From IMG/VR virus record IMGVR_UViG_2529292874_000020: a stretch of DNA of 13,558 nt; one strand, written 5' to 3'. Every line of letters starts with the position of its first letter. Within the stretch, counting starts at the first letter, position 1. Positions 1-6,878 of the stretch are shown here, one piece after another. This DNA comes from a virus (lineage: Duplodnaviria; Heunggongvirae; Uroviricota; Caudoviricetes). A program made the translations under genes and the position numbers. The notes beneath the pieces are model-generated. The model did not search any database and was not told the DNA's origin. It worked only from the letters and a program-made list of their open reading frames with translations.

Positions 1-1131
1 TCAAATGACCAGTTTTTTCCATTCCTTACCGCGTGCGTCGTTGTAAATATCGGTCATTTTTTGATTCGAATGGCCTAGCAAAATTTTGGTATCAACCCCC
101 TGCTCTCTGAACAATCGCTCTGATAAAGATCTCTGCTCATGGAAAGAGGGAGGGGTGCCATTAGCACGCCAGTTGTAATCCACAGAATCCCGGGCTTTTT
201 TAAATGCAACGGTTAATGTTGCTGGCTTAACCATCCCGCCGCGCTTAGCTGTCCCTTTCGCGTGATGGTGGTGCAATAGCCACGGACTAAGAACGCAATC
301 GCGGCAGGATGACACCACATCATCCAGGGTGAGATTTAATTTATCGCAACGCAGAGCCAGAGGGATGGCAATCCGGGTTCCTGTTTTTTGCTGTTCGACA
401 TGAAGATAACCATCCCGGATATCCGAAAATTGCATTTTGCAAATATCTGAAAGGCGCTGGCCTGTCATCAGTGCCAGCAGCATACCGCGCTGTAAAAAGT
501 AACCATCCTTTTCCGCTGCGTTATAAATCATCATCCACTCATCAAAAGTCAGTCGCTGTCTTGATATCCGCACCTGCGGTTTTTTTGCCGATTCTGCAGG
601 GTTAAAGCCTGGCGGGACATCGCCCGTTTGCTGAGCTTCCCGGAAAACATCGATCAGTACTTTCCTGAAAATTTGTCCCATTCTGTTATGTCCTCTGGCC
701 TTGTACTCTTCCAGTACTGATACCACATCTTTTACGGTTATGGCATCTAACGGTCTGGTGCCAAAACGTTCATCAAATACCCTGAGAGGGGCCGCTTTCT
801 GTTTCAGCGTGTTGAGTTTGATCTCGCCGTTTTCATATCTTTCCTGTTGAATTTTTCTGTAATTATTCAGAAAAATGGTAACGGTTGATGAACCGCCGGT
901 ATCACTAATAATTTTCTCCTGCAGACTGAGCATTTGTTCCATTTGCTGCCGGGCAAGACGGCTGTTCGCTTCTGCTGCAATAGTTTCTGCCAGTTTCTGG
1001 TCAATACTGCCGAGACCGTGATTTTTGCCTGTTATGGGATGCCTGTAACGCCAGTAAACTTTGTTATTTCTTTTGTCAAAATACGGAGATAATCCCGGAA
1101 CATCGGTTTTATATTTTCGCGGGCGCGCCAT
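1..1131 (-). CDS. int: Phage integrase, lambda-family tyrosine recombinase
   Basis: 376-aa ORF with stop at 1-3 and ATG at 1129-1131. Translation shows the catalytic signature in order (TGQRLSD, FHEQRSLS, LLGHSNQKMTDIY with the nucleophile Tyr). Its 5' end is overlapped by an excisionase-like ORF, the usual int-xis arrangement at a prophage end. Confidence 0.9.
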   Translation of the reverse strand: MARPRKYKTDVPGLSPYFDKRNNKVYWRYRHPITGKNHGLGSIDQKLAETIAAEANSRLARQQMEQMLSLQEKIISDTGGSSTVTIFLNNYRKIQQERYENGEIKLNTLKQKAAPLRVFDERFGTRPLDAITVKDVVSVLEEYKARGHNRMGQIFRKVLIDVFREAQQTGDVPPGFNPAESAKKPQVRISRQRLTFDEWMMIYNAAEKDGYFLQRGMLLALMTGQRLSDICKMQFSDIRDGYLHVEQQKTGTRIAIPLALRCDKLNLTLDDVVSSCRDCVLSPWLLHHHHAKGTAKRGGMVKPATLTVAFKKARDSVDYNWRANGTPPSFHEQRSLSERLFREQGVDTKILLGHSNQKMTDIYNDARGKEWKKLVI

Positions 1132-1357
1132 CTTCCAGTATCCTCTTCAAAGCAGGGTGATCTGTGGCGATCACCTCCGGCTTGTTTACCATTCCGACAA
1201 AGCGAGCTTGCGGATCCACTCGCCAGCGTCTTCCAACTTTTTTGGGGAGAGGAAATATCATTCCGGCTTTAGCGTATTTACTTAACGTACTCGGAGTTGG
1301 GACCGGTTCACTGAATTCCTCTTTTGCCCACTCAGTGAGCAGAATAAGTCTTGCCAT
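1109..1357 (-). CDS. xis: Excisionase (Xis-like small DNA-binding protein)
   Basis: 82-aa basic ORF immediately upstream of int on the same strand, overlapping it by 23 nt. Size, position and a lambda-Xis-like pattern (LTEWAK...IFPLPKKVGRRWRV) support the call. Confidence 0.7.
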   Translation of the reverse strand: MARLILLTEWAKEEFSEPVPTPSTLSKYAKAGMIFPLPKKVGRRWRVDPQARFVGMVNKPEVIATDHPALKRILEDGAPAKI

Positions 1358-1549
1358 GAGCGTCGTTCGCTAATCATGGTCGCCGCCACTATAGCTGGTG
1401 GGCAACGACCGGGGTTGAACATTAAAAATCAGCCTGACTCGGGATCAGTTTTTGCCAGATAGCTGAAACGTATTTTGCCTGGTAACGGGCGTCATCAAGT
1501 GCATTATGGCGCTCACCTTCGAATGGAATAGCCGTTCTGGCATCGAAGT

Positions 1550-2548
1550 CTATGGCTTTCCCCAGCTCAACGATTGTGCGTACATCGCGATCGTTGTAGT
1601 AACGCCACGGGCAGGGGTCCCCTGCCGTTCGTATGAACGGCGCAAAATCGTGTTGTCGAAGTTGGCTCCATTTCCCCAGACATGAACAAAAAATTCACCG
1701 GAGTTTTCGTCGATAAATTCCCGCAATTGTAACAGTGCATCATCTAACGGGATTTCATCGGTCATAATGGCAGATTGCGCTTCGCGTGATTGCTTAAGCC
1801 ACCATTTCATGGTGTCCCGATCAATGACTCCGCCAGCAGTATCCAGATCGATAGTCTTACTAAATTCCGGTCCCATATCTCCGGTTTGCGGATCGAAAAA
1901 TATTGCACCTATTGAGATGATCGGGGCATCAGGATTTTTTCCCATGGTTTCAAGGTCGATCATTAGATGAATCCCCGCTCTGCTGGTGGATGTGAGATTA
2001 TGATGACCGTTCGCCTTAATTAAGGGATCTGACGCCTCGCCAGTTTCACTATCGCTGGCATGATGCTGATTGCCGCCAGTGTTCTCCTTGTGCTGATGTG
2101 CAGTACCTTCCATTTCCTCCGGATCATTTTCCTGAACTTCAGGCTGATTCTCTCCATCGAATATTTCCTGGTATGTTGCGTCGCCCATCACCGCGCCACA
2201 ATCAGGGCAGTTGCCGCCGCCGGTCTGACCGCAGGCGGTGCAGACTTTTTCCGGTTCCTGTTGCGCTACTGGTTCAGGTTGTTTCGTTTCTGGCTCGTTT
2301 TGTAACGCATTTGGACTGTTTTGTTCCGTTTCTTGCTGGTTCTGGTTCACAGAATCGCGGGTTTCAATCCCCTTCACCCATTTCGGATCATTCGGGTCGC
2401 TAATCCCTTCAACAAATTCACCACGTGATGCAGCAAGCAATTTATCGGCGTCAGGCTGGCTGATATTGGCTGCCTGCATAATTTTGTTTACTTCGTCAGC
2501 GGTAACTTTTACCGGCTCTGGTTGTTCTGAATCTTCAGCGGTATCCAC
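1550..2548 (-). CDS. Exonuclease fragment (RecE-like linker plus DEDDh Exo I/II motifs; C-terminus lost to frameshift) as an ORF caller would report it
   Basis: 332-aa ORF from the supplied track, starting on GTG. Contains MIDLETMG and NGANFDNTIL. The expected H-x4-D motif is absent from this frame but present in the adjacent frame downstream. Confidence 0.6.
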   Translation of the reverse strand: MDTAEDSEQPEPVKVTADEVNKIMQAANISQPDADKLLAASRGEFVEGISDPNDPKWVKGIETRDSVNQNQQETEQNSPNALQNEPETKQPEPVAQQEPEKVCTACGQTGGGNCPDCGAVMGDATYQEIFDGENQPEVQENDPEEMEGTAHQHKENTGGNQHHASDSETGEASDPLIKANGHHNLTSTSRAGIHLMIDLETMGKNPDAPIISIGAIFFDPQTGDMGPEFSKTIDLDTAGGVIDRDTMKWWLKQSREAQSAIMTDEIPLDDALLQLREFIDENSGEFFVHVWGNGANFDNTILRRSYERQGTPARGVTTTIAMYAQSLSWGKP

Positions 2549-3297
2549 ATTTTGCGGTAAGCCCGTGTATGTGCCATTTTTTCGGGCAAAATATTCTTCT
2601 TTTGTGATTTCAGTACCGCCGGCAGCCAGCGCCTTGTCCAGACCAGAAAGTTTGTTTGCCCTGCCGTATTTTTCGCCTCCTTATCGGTGAAGAGGAAGTA
2701 GAACGGCCCCTCACGCTCTACAGATGGTTCGACTTCCACTTTGCATTCGGTTTTTTCGTTGTCCGGAATTGCCGTTTCCACTGCATCAGTTTCTGGTACT
2801 GGCGACGAGAGAGTGTCAGTTGCGCTCTGATTTGTTCCTTCATCTTCAAACACGCCCTTTGTAGTCAGGTATTCAGTAATGTATTTGTTCAGTGCCACAG
2901 GGTCTTTGTGAATATCGATCGGACGTTCGCGAACAAGGCCAAAAATAGTCTGACGGTCATAGCCAAGTGCTTCGGGCTGTTTGCGCATTGATGCTGAGAT
3001 ACGCTTCCAGTCTTCGCGATCCTTGTCGATAACCTCATTTGTCGCCCAGCGATGGATGGTACCGTCAATGTTTCCTGCATCCACATCACCGGGCCAGAGG
3101 GCGCAGGCCAGTTCGTCATCCAGTGTTTTCCATGTCTGCTTATATTCGCGACGAATGACTGCAGTGACAGGGGGGGTTTTTTCAGCAGCGTTTTCAGTGT
3201 TCTGTTGGTTGACTCTGGCGCGGGCGAGATCAACAACAGACGTGTATTTTCCGGTTTCCTTGCGTTCACCTTCGCGACGTTTTTTCCAGATGCGCAT
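2509..3297 (-). CDS. Fragment of the same disrupted RecE-like gene (middle segment)
   Basis: 262-aa ORF, protein-like over its first ~200 aa. Its last ~55 aa (Trp/Arg-rich) look out of frame, while the exonuclease frame is open and protein-like from 2680 downward. The other frame over 2889-3297 is compositionally junk. Confidence 0.5.
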   Translation of the reverse strand: MRIWKKRREGERKETGKYTSVVDLARARVNQQNTENAAEKTPPVTAVIRREYKQTWKTLDDELACALWPGDVDAGNIDGTIHRWATNEVIDKDREDWKRISASMRKQPEALGYDRQTIFGLVRERPIDIHKDPVALNKYITEYLTTKGVFEDEGTNQSATDTLSSPVPETDAVETAIPDNEKTECKVEVEPSVEREGPFYFLFTDKEAKNTAGQTNFLVWTRRWLPAVLKSQKKNILPEKMAHTRAYRKMWIPLKIQNNQSR

Positions 3298-3548
3298 TTC
3301 TGCCTGAATTTCAGGCCATTTGCACCAGGCTTACATTTATGCTTAACCCACCCGATGGCATGCAGCTTAAGCTCCGGATACATGGCGTTAACTTCTGGCA
3401 TTTTCATCAACGCTTCAACGATATGTCCGTCGAATGTTGCCATGTCTTCCTGCAACAATTCCTGTGCGCTAATCACCATATCAACGGTGATGTTTTCACA
3501 TGTGTCGAACTTAACCATGACAGCGTTCTGTACTTCAGGGGCAGCTTG

Positions 3549-3869
3549 TCAAAAGTTGACGTTCATCGGATCGGATTCAGTCTCGACCGGGACAAAGGAA
3601 GCAGACTCCTCATCCCAGCGGTTTTCCTGCATATATTCAGCATCCCAGGAATCGAGGGCAGGGCGGGGTATACCGGGTTTATCCTCGCAAACAAGAAATT
3701 TATAAGCGCAGTCCTGAGCAGCCGGATAATGCTCCAGGAATTGCCAGTGAAATTTTGCGCGGGCGCGACGTTCATCACCGGCTTCAATGGCAGTGGCTAC
3801 AGCGACTGCACCTTCTTCCTTTATTGCCTGTTCGTCCGGAATGGCGGCGCAAATAAAGACTTTACTCAT
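3549..3869 (-). CDS. Hypothetical protein; likely N-terminal segment of the RecE-like gene (ydfE-like position)
   Basis: 106-aa ORF in the same frame as the ORF starting at 3518, separated from it only by a TGA at 3549-3551. No convincing Shine-Dalgarno precedes the ATG at 3518. Confidence 0.45.
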   Translation of the reverse strand: MSKVFICAAIPDEQAIKEEGAVAVATAIEAGDERRARAKFHWQFLEHYPAAQDCAYKFLVCEDKPGIPRPALDSWDAEYMQENRWDEESASFVPVETESDPMNVNF

Positions 3870-3961
3870 TTTGTTTTACCTCATTACAGATTTAAGGGTG
3901 AACAAATCCCTGCCATTGCTGGCATATAAGAATGAAATCGGATGTTTATTACGGAACTGTT

Positions 3962-4162
3962 TTAAAGACCTGCCGGGATTTCGTTATTATCCTGGTGAAT
4001 AACTTTATCGACCGGGTAACAGTTACCGGGAATTTTCTGTTCGGTTGCTGCAGTCACACACTCCTGCATTGTCCTGTGAACACTGACTGCAATATCAACT
4101 GGCTCTCCGGAAACAAGAAAAACTGTCAGAACAAGTGCAAATGCTGTATTCATTGCCAGCAT
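3962..4162 (-). CDS. Small protein with N-terminal hydrophobic segment, YdfD-like (position and size)
   Basis: Track ORF 3962-4207; the likely start is the internal ATG at 4160-4162 (MLAMNTAFALVLTVFLVSGEP...), preceded by AAGGA. It overlaps the end of the dicB-like gene by 13 nt and is 66 aa, as expected for the gene following dicB in Qin. Confidence 0.5.
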   Translation of the reverse strand: MLAMNTAFALVLTVFLVSGEPVDIAVSVHRTMQECVTAATEQKIPGNCYPVDKVIHQDNNEIPAGL

Positions 4163-4338
4163 CCTTTTTGTATCGGACGTAAACGGGCCAACATTGAAAG
4201 AATGCATATTTTATTTAATAGCTCCCGTTCGTGTTTTCTCTTGTTAATGGCATCTTCAGTAAATACAGGGTTACTGATAGTGACACCAATTTCAAAACAA
4301 CCTTCAGACGTATTAACGTTTGGTAATAACGTTTCCAT
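4150..4338 (-). CDS. dicB: Cell-division inhibitor DicB
   Basis: 62-aa ORF from the ATG at 4336-4338, preceded by GAGGA 7 nt upstream. METLLPNVNTSEGCFEIGVTISNPVFTEDAINKRKHERELLNKICILSMLARLRPIQKGCWQ matches my recollection of DicB in length and sequence. The supplied 97-aa ORF extends it upstream in frame without support. Sits immediately downstream of the DicF-like sequence, as in Qin. Confidence 0.8.
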   Translation of the reverse strand: METLLPNVNTSEGCFEIGVTISNPVFTEDAINKRKHERELLNKICILSMLARLRPIQKGCWQ

Positions 4339-4508
4339 TATCGCGTCCTCAACAATGAATTTTGTGATGCGGTGCCTGGTGCCTCCAGGTGACGTTAACC
4401 AGTTAACAATTAACGCCGGATACAGAGAATCCACCCATAACACTGTTTTTAGGTTTTAACTGTTCCGCGTGCGCTCAGCCGCATTCACCGCATCACAAAA
4501 TTCACTTT

Positions 4509-4566
4509 AAAAAGGGCGGCAGAGCAGTCACGGAGTAAAACTGATACCGCCAAACGTCACCAGAAA
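4509..4566 (-). ncRNA. dicF: DicF small RNA (ftsZ-targeting sRNA of the dicB operon)
   Basis: The reverse complement of 4509-4566 reads TTTCTGGTGACGTTTGGCGGTATCAGTTTTACTCCGTGACTGCTCTGCCGCCCTTTTT, which matches the DicF sequence as I recall it, including the GC-rich 3' stem and U-run. Orientation and position (between the ydfC-like gene and dicB) fit. Confidence 0.7.
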
Positions 4567-4898
4567 ATTGATAACAGAGGGCGTTGCAGCGGGGTTGTCA
4601 CTTAAGCGTATGGTCAACCTGACAACCCGGTGTCCTCAACGGGGGAAGGAATAACCCCGCCATACTTACCGCCGCGCCATTTCGCGGATTGCCACAACCG
4701 GAAGCGCACGGTCGACGAAAATTTAACGACAGGCTATCTATGAACCAGCTACCTCGCCGTGCGCTTTCGCGTTATGTCTGACTTTTCAGGGAAATATCCT
4801 TTCAGTAAACTGTCAGTGCCGGATGCTCACCCGTGTCCGGCGCACGCACTCCACCTCACCCGTGGAGAACTCCTTAATTACCAACCTCAGGAGGGTGA

Positions 4899-5132
4899 AT
4901 GTTAAAATCAACTCTTATTGCTAAATGCCTTTATCAAAATCGCATGGTAAGCAGCATTTCAATAGGCGAGTCTGCAGTTAAAAGTATTTTCGAAGAGTAC
5001 TTTCCCGGGCATGATTTTAATAAATGGAATACCAAATTACCGCCAGCAGTTTCAACGCGTATTCTGAAAGCAACCGAAAGAGCAAGTACAATTCGCGTTA
5101 ACTATTTCATTAAAGATTTGTGGGATCTTTGA
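4899..5132 (+). CDS. Hypothetical 77-aa protein (AT-rich cassette gene A)
   Basis: ATG at 4899 preceded by AGGAGGG with a 5-6 nt spacer. Visibly AT-rich coding sequence. Converges on the next gene and overlaps it by 23 bp. Confidence 0.5.
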   Translation: MLKSTLIAKCLYQNRMVSSISIGESAVKSIFEEYFPGHDFNKWNTKLPPAVSTRILKATERASTIRVNYFIKDLWDL

Positions 5133-5517
5133 TATCCACAGAGCCTAAAGTATGTGCATATGGATGTGCTATTATGCGCCCTCGCAGATTTGCATCATTT
5201 TCTAAATTCACTGAACGAAACAGGGCATCAACAAGGCTCTGTACAATGCAAAGGCAATCGAAGACTGTCGCCGTTTCTGTTTTGATTGATGAAAGAACAT
5301 GGCCATTCACGCAAACAGAAATTACCCGTTTATTAACATCGCTTTCCTGCTTTTGATTATCAGAACCATATAGCCCAGAAAAAGCATTGCGCACATTACG
5401 AACCATATTATCGATGGTTTCTTTTTCTGCGGTACTAAGGTCAAGAGTAGCCAGTTGTGAACGAACTATATTCGATGCCATTTCCTGTAATGGCGTTGGT
5501 AAATCTTTAAATTCCAT
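5110..5517 (-). CDS. Hypothetical 135-aa protein (AT-rich cassette gene B)
   Basis: ORF on the early-left strand, 22 nt downstream of the ydfC-like gene. No recognisable motif and a weak RBS. AT-rich relative to neighbours. Confidence 0.5.
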   Translation of the reverse strand: MEFKDLPTPLQEMASNIVRSQLATLDLSTAEKETIDNMVRNVRNAFSGLYGSDNQKQESDVNKRVISVCVNGHVLSSIKTETATVFDCLCIVQSLVDALFRSVNLENDANLRGRIIAHPYAHTLGSVDIKDPTNL

Positions 5518-5539
5518 TATTAGCTTCGTTGGTTAGCTA

Positions 5540-5758
5540 TTAACGCGGGTATGTAATCATTCTGGCAATGCTTAATGCCGCTGCTTTTTCCAGATTGGTG
5601 ATATCCTGCTCCAGAGCGGACAGATTTTCAGCCTGCTTAGCCCTGGCTTCATTGGCCCATTTCAGATCCTGCGCTGCATTAATTTTCTGGTGCATCCACT
5701 CATAAAGTTCATCATCGGTATAGTCTGGCGCGATGATGACGGGGTCTCGTTTCTGCAT
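5540..5758 (-). CDS. Hypothetical 72-aa protein, YdfC-like by size and position
   Basis: ATG at 5756-5758 preceded by AAGGAG with a 6-nt spacer. 72 aa, the same length as YdfC, which precedes dicF in the K-12 dicB operon. Sequence identity to YdfC was not verified. Confidence 0.55.
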   Translation of the reverse strand: MQKRDPVIIAPDYTDDELYEWMHQKINAAQDLKWANEARAKQAENLSALEQDITNLEKAAALSIARMITYPR

Positions 5759-5851
5759 GTCGGCTCCTTGTGGTTAGCGTTGCCTGCTTTTTAACCACGT
5801 CAGGCGAGGTGGTATCCTCTGAGGGGGCTGTTACTCGAGAGGAAATTGGTT

Positions 5852-6052
5852 ATGAATACAATCAAGTTTTCTTGCCCAGAATGTGGTGGCGAAGTCTTTG
5901 ACACATCCTTTAAGCCGCAGGGCTCTGACAGTTTCGCGGGAGCCATCTGCAAAAATTGTGGTCACCTTGTAACTGAAGATGAGTCCTCGCAGTTCGATGA
6001 CGAAATCGTTGACAATATCTTCGGTGCACTCACCAGAGACTTTCTGAAGTAA
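5852..6052 (+). CDS. Small zinc-ribbon protein (CPxCG ... CxNCG)
   Basis: 66-aa ORF from the ATG at 5852 (track start at 5846 is TTG), with GAGAGGA upstream. Two Cys pairs, CPECGG and CKNCGH, 17 residues apart. Codon usage looks E. coli-like, unlike the overlapping antisense ORF. Confidence 0.5.
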   Translation: MNTIKFSCPECGGEVFDTSFKPQGSDSFAGAICKNCGHLVTEDESSQFDDEIVDNIFGALTRDFLK

Positions 6053-6098
6053 AGGCGCATACCGCTTAGTTACCGCTCTGATAACTCTTACCTGTCCT

Positions 6099-6133
6099 GC
6101 AATGGCGCTGATGTCAATATAAAGCGCCATTGC
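6099..6133 (+). terminator. Strong hairpin (11-bp perfect stem, 13-nt loop) downstream of the zinc-ribbon gene; possible terminator or RNA processing structure
   Basis: GCAATGGCGCT (6099-6109) and AGCGCCATTGC (6123-6133) are perfect inverted repeats. It lies 47 nt past the zinc-ribbon stop, but the following tract is only moderately T-rich. Confidence 0.3.
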
Positions 6134-6268
6134 TGCTTCTTTGCCGATCCCGGGATGCCTTCCATTCTGATGTTTGACTTCGCCCACTGAGAAACCCTCT
6201 GCTTCCCCTTAACGCCGGGTAGCGGAACTGTTTGCTGAGAACACCGTGCGGTGTCTTGATGAGTAGAA

Positions 6269-6320
6269 TTTAGAATAGCCTAAGAGTTATGGTCAAGCTT
6301 TTTGTGTAGAAAAACCTAAG
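6269..6320. promoter_or_regulatory. Two operator-like dyads resembling the dicA-dicC operators (candidate oL/Pb-type control region for the dicB operon)
   Basis: TTTAG-aatagc-CTAAG at 6269-6284 and the imperfect TGTAG-aaaaac-CTAAG at 6305-6320 share the xTTAG-N6-CTAAx pattern of the three sites at 6803-6869. Confidence 0.3.
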
Positions 6321-6394
6321 CTTCTTGATGTAAAAAACACAAGTATTTGAAAGTTTGTGCTTTTTATTACAGAGAGTTGCGAAAAAAAGGGGGG

Positions 6395-6802
6395 TTATTT
6401 ATTTGCGCTTCTTTTGCGAGCTTTGAGTAGTTCTTCAAAAAGTTTGTTGAAATTCTCAACTCGAGCACGCATCTCTGACAACAGAGCCTTTTGCTCTGAC
6501 TCAGGCAGTGCGTCGAACAGTTGAAGCAACTCTTTTTGATCTTCTGTCAGATTGACTGGCTGATTATCTGGGATCGGTTCGCCTGGTTGCTTATCTTCAT
6601 CTCCAAAAAGAAGCCAAGTCGGCGAGCACTGAAGCGCCTGGCTCAGTGCGAATAATCTCTTCCCCGCTGGCTGTGTTTCATCTCTTTCCCATTGAGAAAT
6701 TGTTACGTGAGCCACTTTGACCAGCTTACCTAATGCGGCCTGAGACAGTTTTAATTTTTTTCGCCTGTATAAGAGGCGAGCACCGAAGGTTTCGTTTTTC
6801 AT
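6395..6802 (-). CDS. dicA: DicA-like HTH (XRE-family) prophage repressor
   Basis: 135-aa ORF with an N-terminal helix-turn-helix (LSQAALGKLVKVAHVTISQWERDET) and the DicA-like C-terminus SPTWLLFGDEDKQP...MRARVENFNKLFEELLKARKR. Same length as DicA and divergent from a DicC/Cro-like gene. Confidence 0.85.
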   Translation of the reverse strand: MKNETFGARLLYRRKKLKLSQAALGKLVKVAHVTISQWERDETQPAGKRLFALSQALQCSPTWLLFGDEDKQPGEPIPDNQPVNLTEDQKELLQLFDALPESEQKALLSEMRARVENFNKLFEELLKARKRSANK

Positions 6803-6869
6803 ATTAGGTAATTCTAATTTTTCTTGACTTAGGTTTCTCTACGATCTAGTTTCCTTAGGAAAATCTAAG
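6803..6869. promoter_or_regulatory. Tripartite operator array in the divergent dicA-dicC promoter region (oR-like)
   Basis: Three 16-bp dyads with the same architecture: ATTAG-gtaatt-CTAAT (6803-6818), CTTAG-gtttct-CTACG (6828-6843), CTTAG-gaaaat-CTAAG (6854-6869). Centre-to-centre spacing is 25-26 bp. A TTGACT -35-like hexamer at 6824-6829 overlaps the middle site. Confidence 0.55.
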
Positions 6870-6878
6870 GGGTTCGAT

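Larger units (their letters stand above)
1422..3869 (-). pseudogene. Disrupted RecE-like gene with C-terminal DEDDh (DnaQ-like) 3'-5' exonuclease domain; one in-frame TGA and three -1-type homopolymer frameshifts
   Basis: Four consecutive protein-like reading segments on the minus strand join into one ~815-codon gene. The middle segment (DKLLAASRGEFVEGISDPNDPKWVKGI...CTACGQTGGGNCPDCGAVMGDATYQE) matches my recollection of the RecE (exonuclease VIII) linker region. Exonuclease motifs: Exo I MIDLETMG, Exo II WGNGANFDNTIL, and Exo III HNALDDA, the last recovered only by shifting frame below 1620 (stop at 1422-1424). Frame junctions fall at a G4/C4 run at 1614-1622, a T5 run at 2669-2673, and a T6 run at 3280-3285 or GG at 3314-3315. 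The in-frame TGA is at 3549-3551. Confidence 0.55.

Noticed and set aside
1061-1373. Plus-strand ORFs 1061-1285 and 1164-1373 over int and xis
   Set aside because: Antisense to int and xis.
2060-3929. Plus-strand ORFs overlapping the exonuclease region (2060-2305, 2098-2403, 2238-2690, 2656-2991, 2981-3307, 3052-3705, 3339-3929)
   Set aside because: All are antisense to protein-like minus-strand coding sequence and are Cys/Ser/Phe-rich, low-complexity translations typical of shadow ORFs.
4150-4443. 97-aa extended version of the dicB ORF
   Set aside because: The upstream 35 codons have no RBS and are not part of DicB as recalled; the internal ATG at 4338 has a GAGGA RBS and gives the expected 62-aa product.
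3932-4459. 175-aa plus-strand ORF over dicB and the ydfD-like gene
   Set aside because: Antisense to a recognised dicB, Cys-rich nonsense-like translation, no RBS.
5831-6187. 118-aa minus-strand ORF antisense to the zinc-ribbon gene
   Set aside because: Five of its roughly nine Arg codons are the rare AGA/AGG; it spans a perfect palindrome; and the plus-strand gene has a classic zinc-ribbon motif and better codon usage.
6332-6365. Possible bidirectional terminator (A6 - CACAAG...TTTGTG - T5) between the zinc-ribbon gene and dicA
   Set aside because: The stem is only 5-7 bp and AT-rich, too weak to call with confidence.
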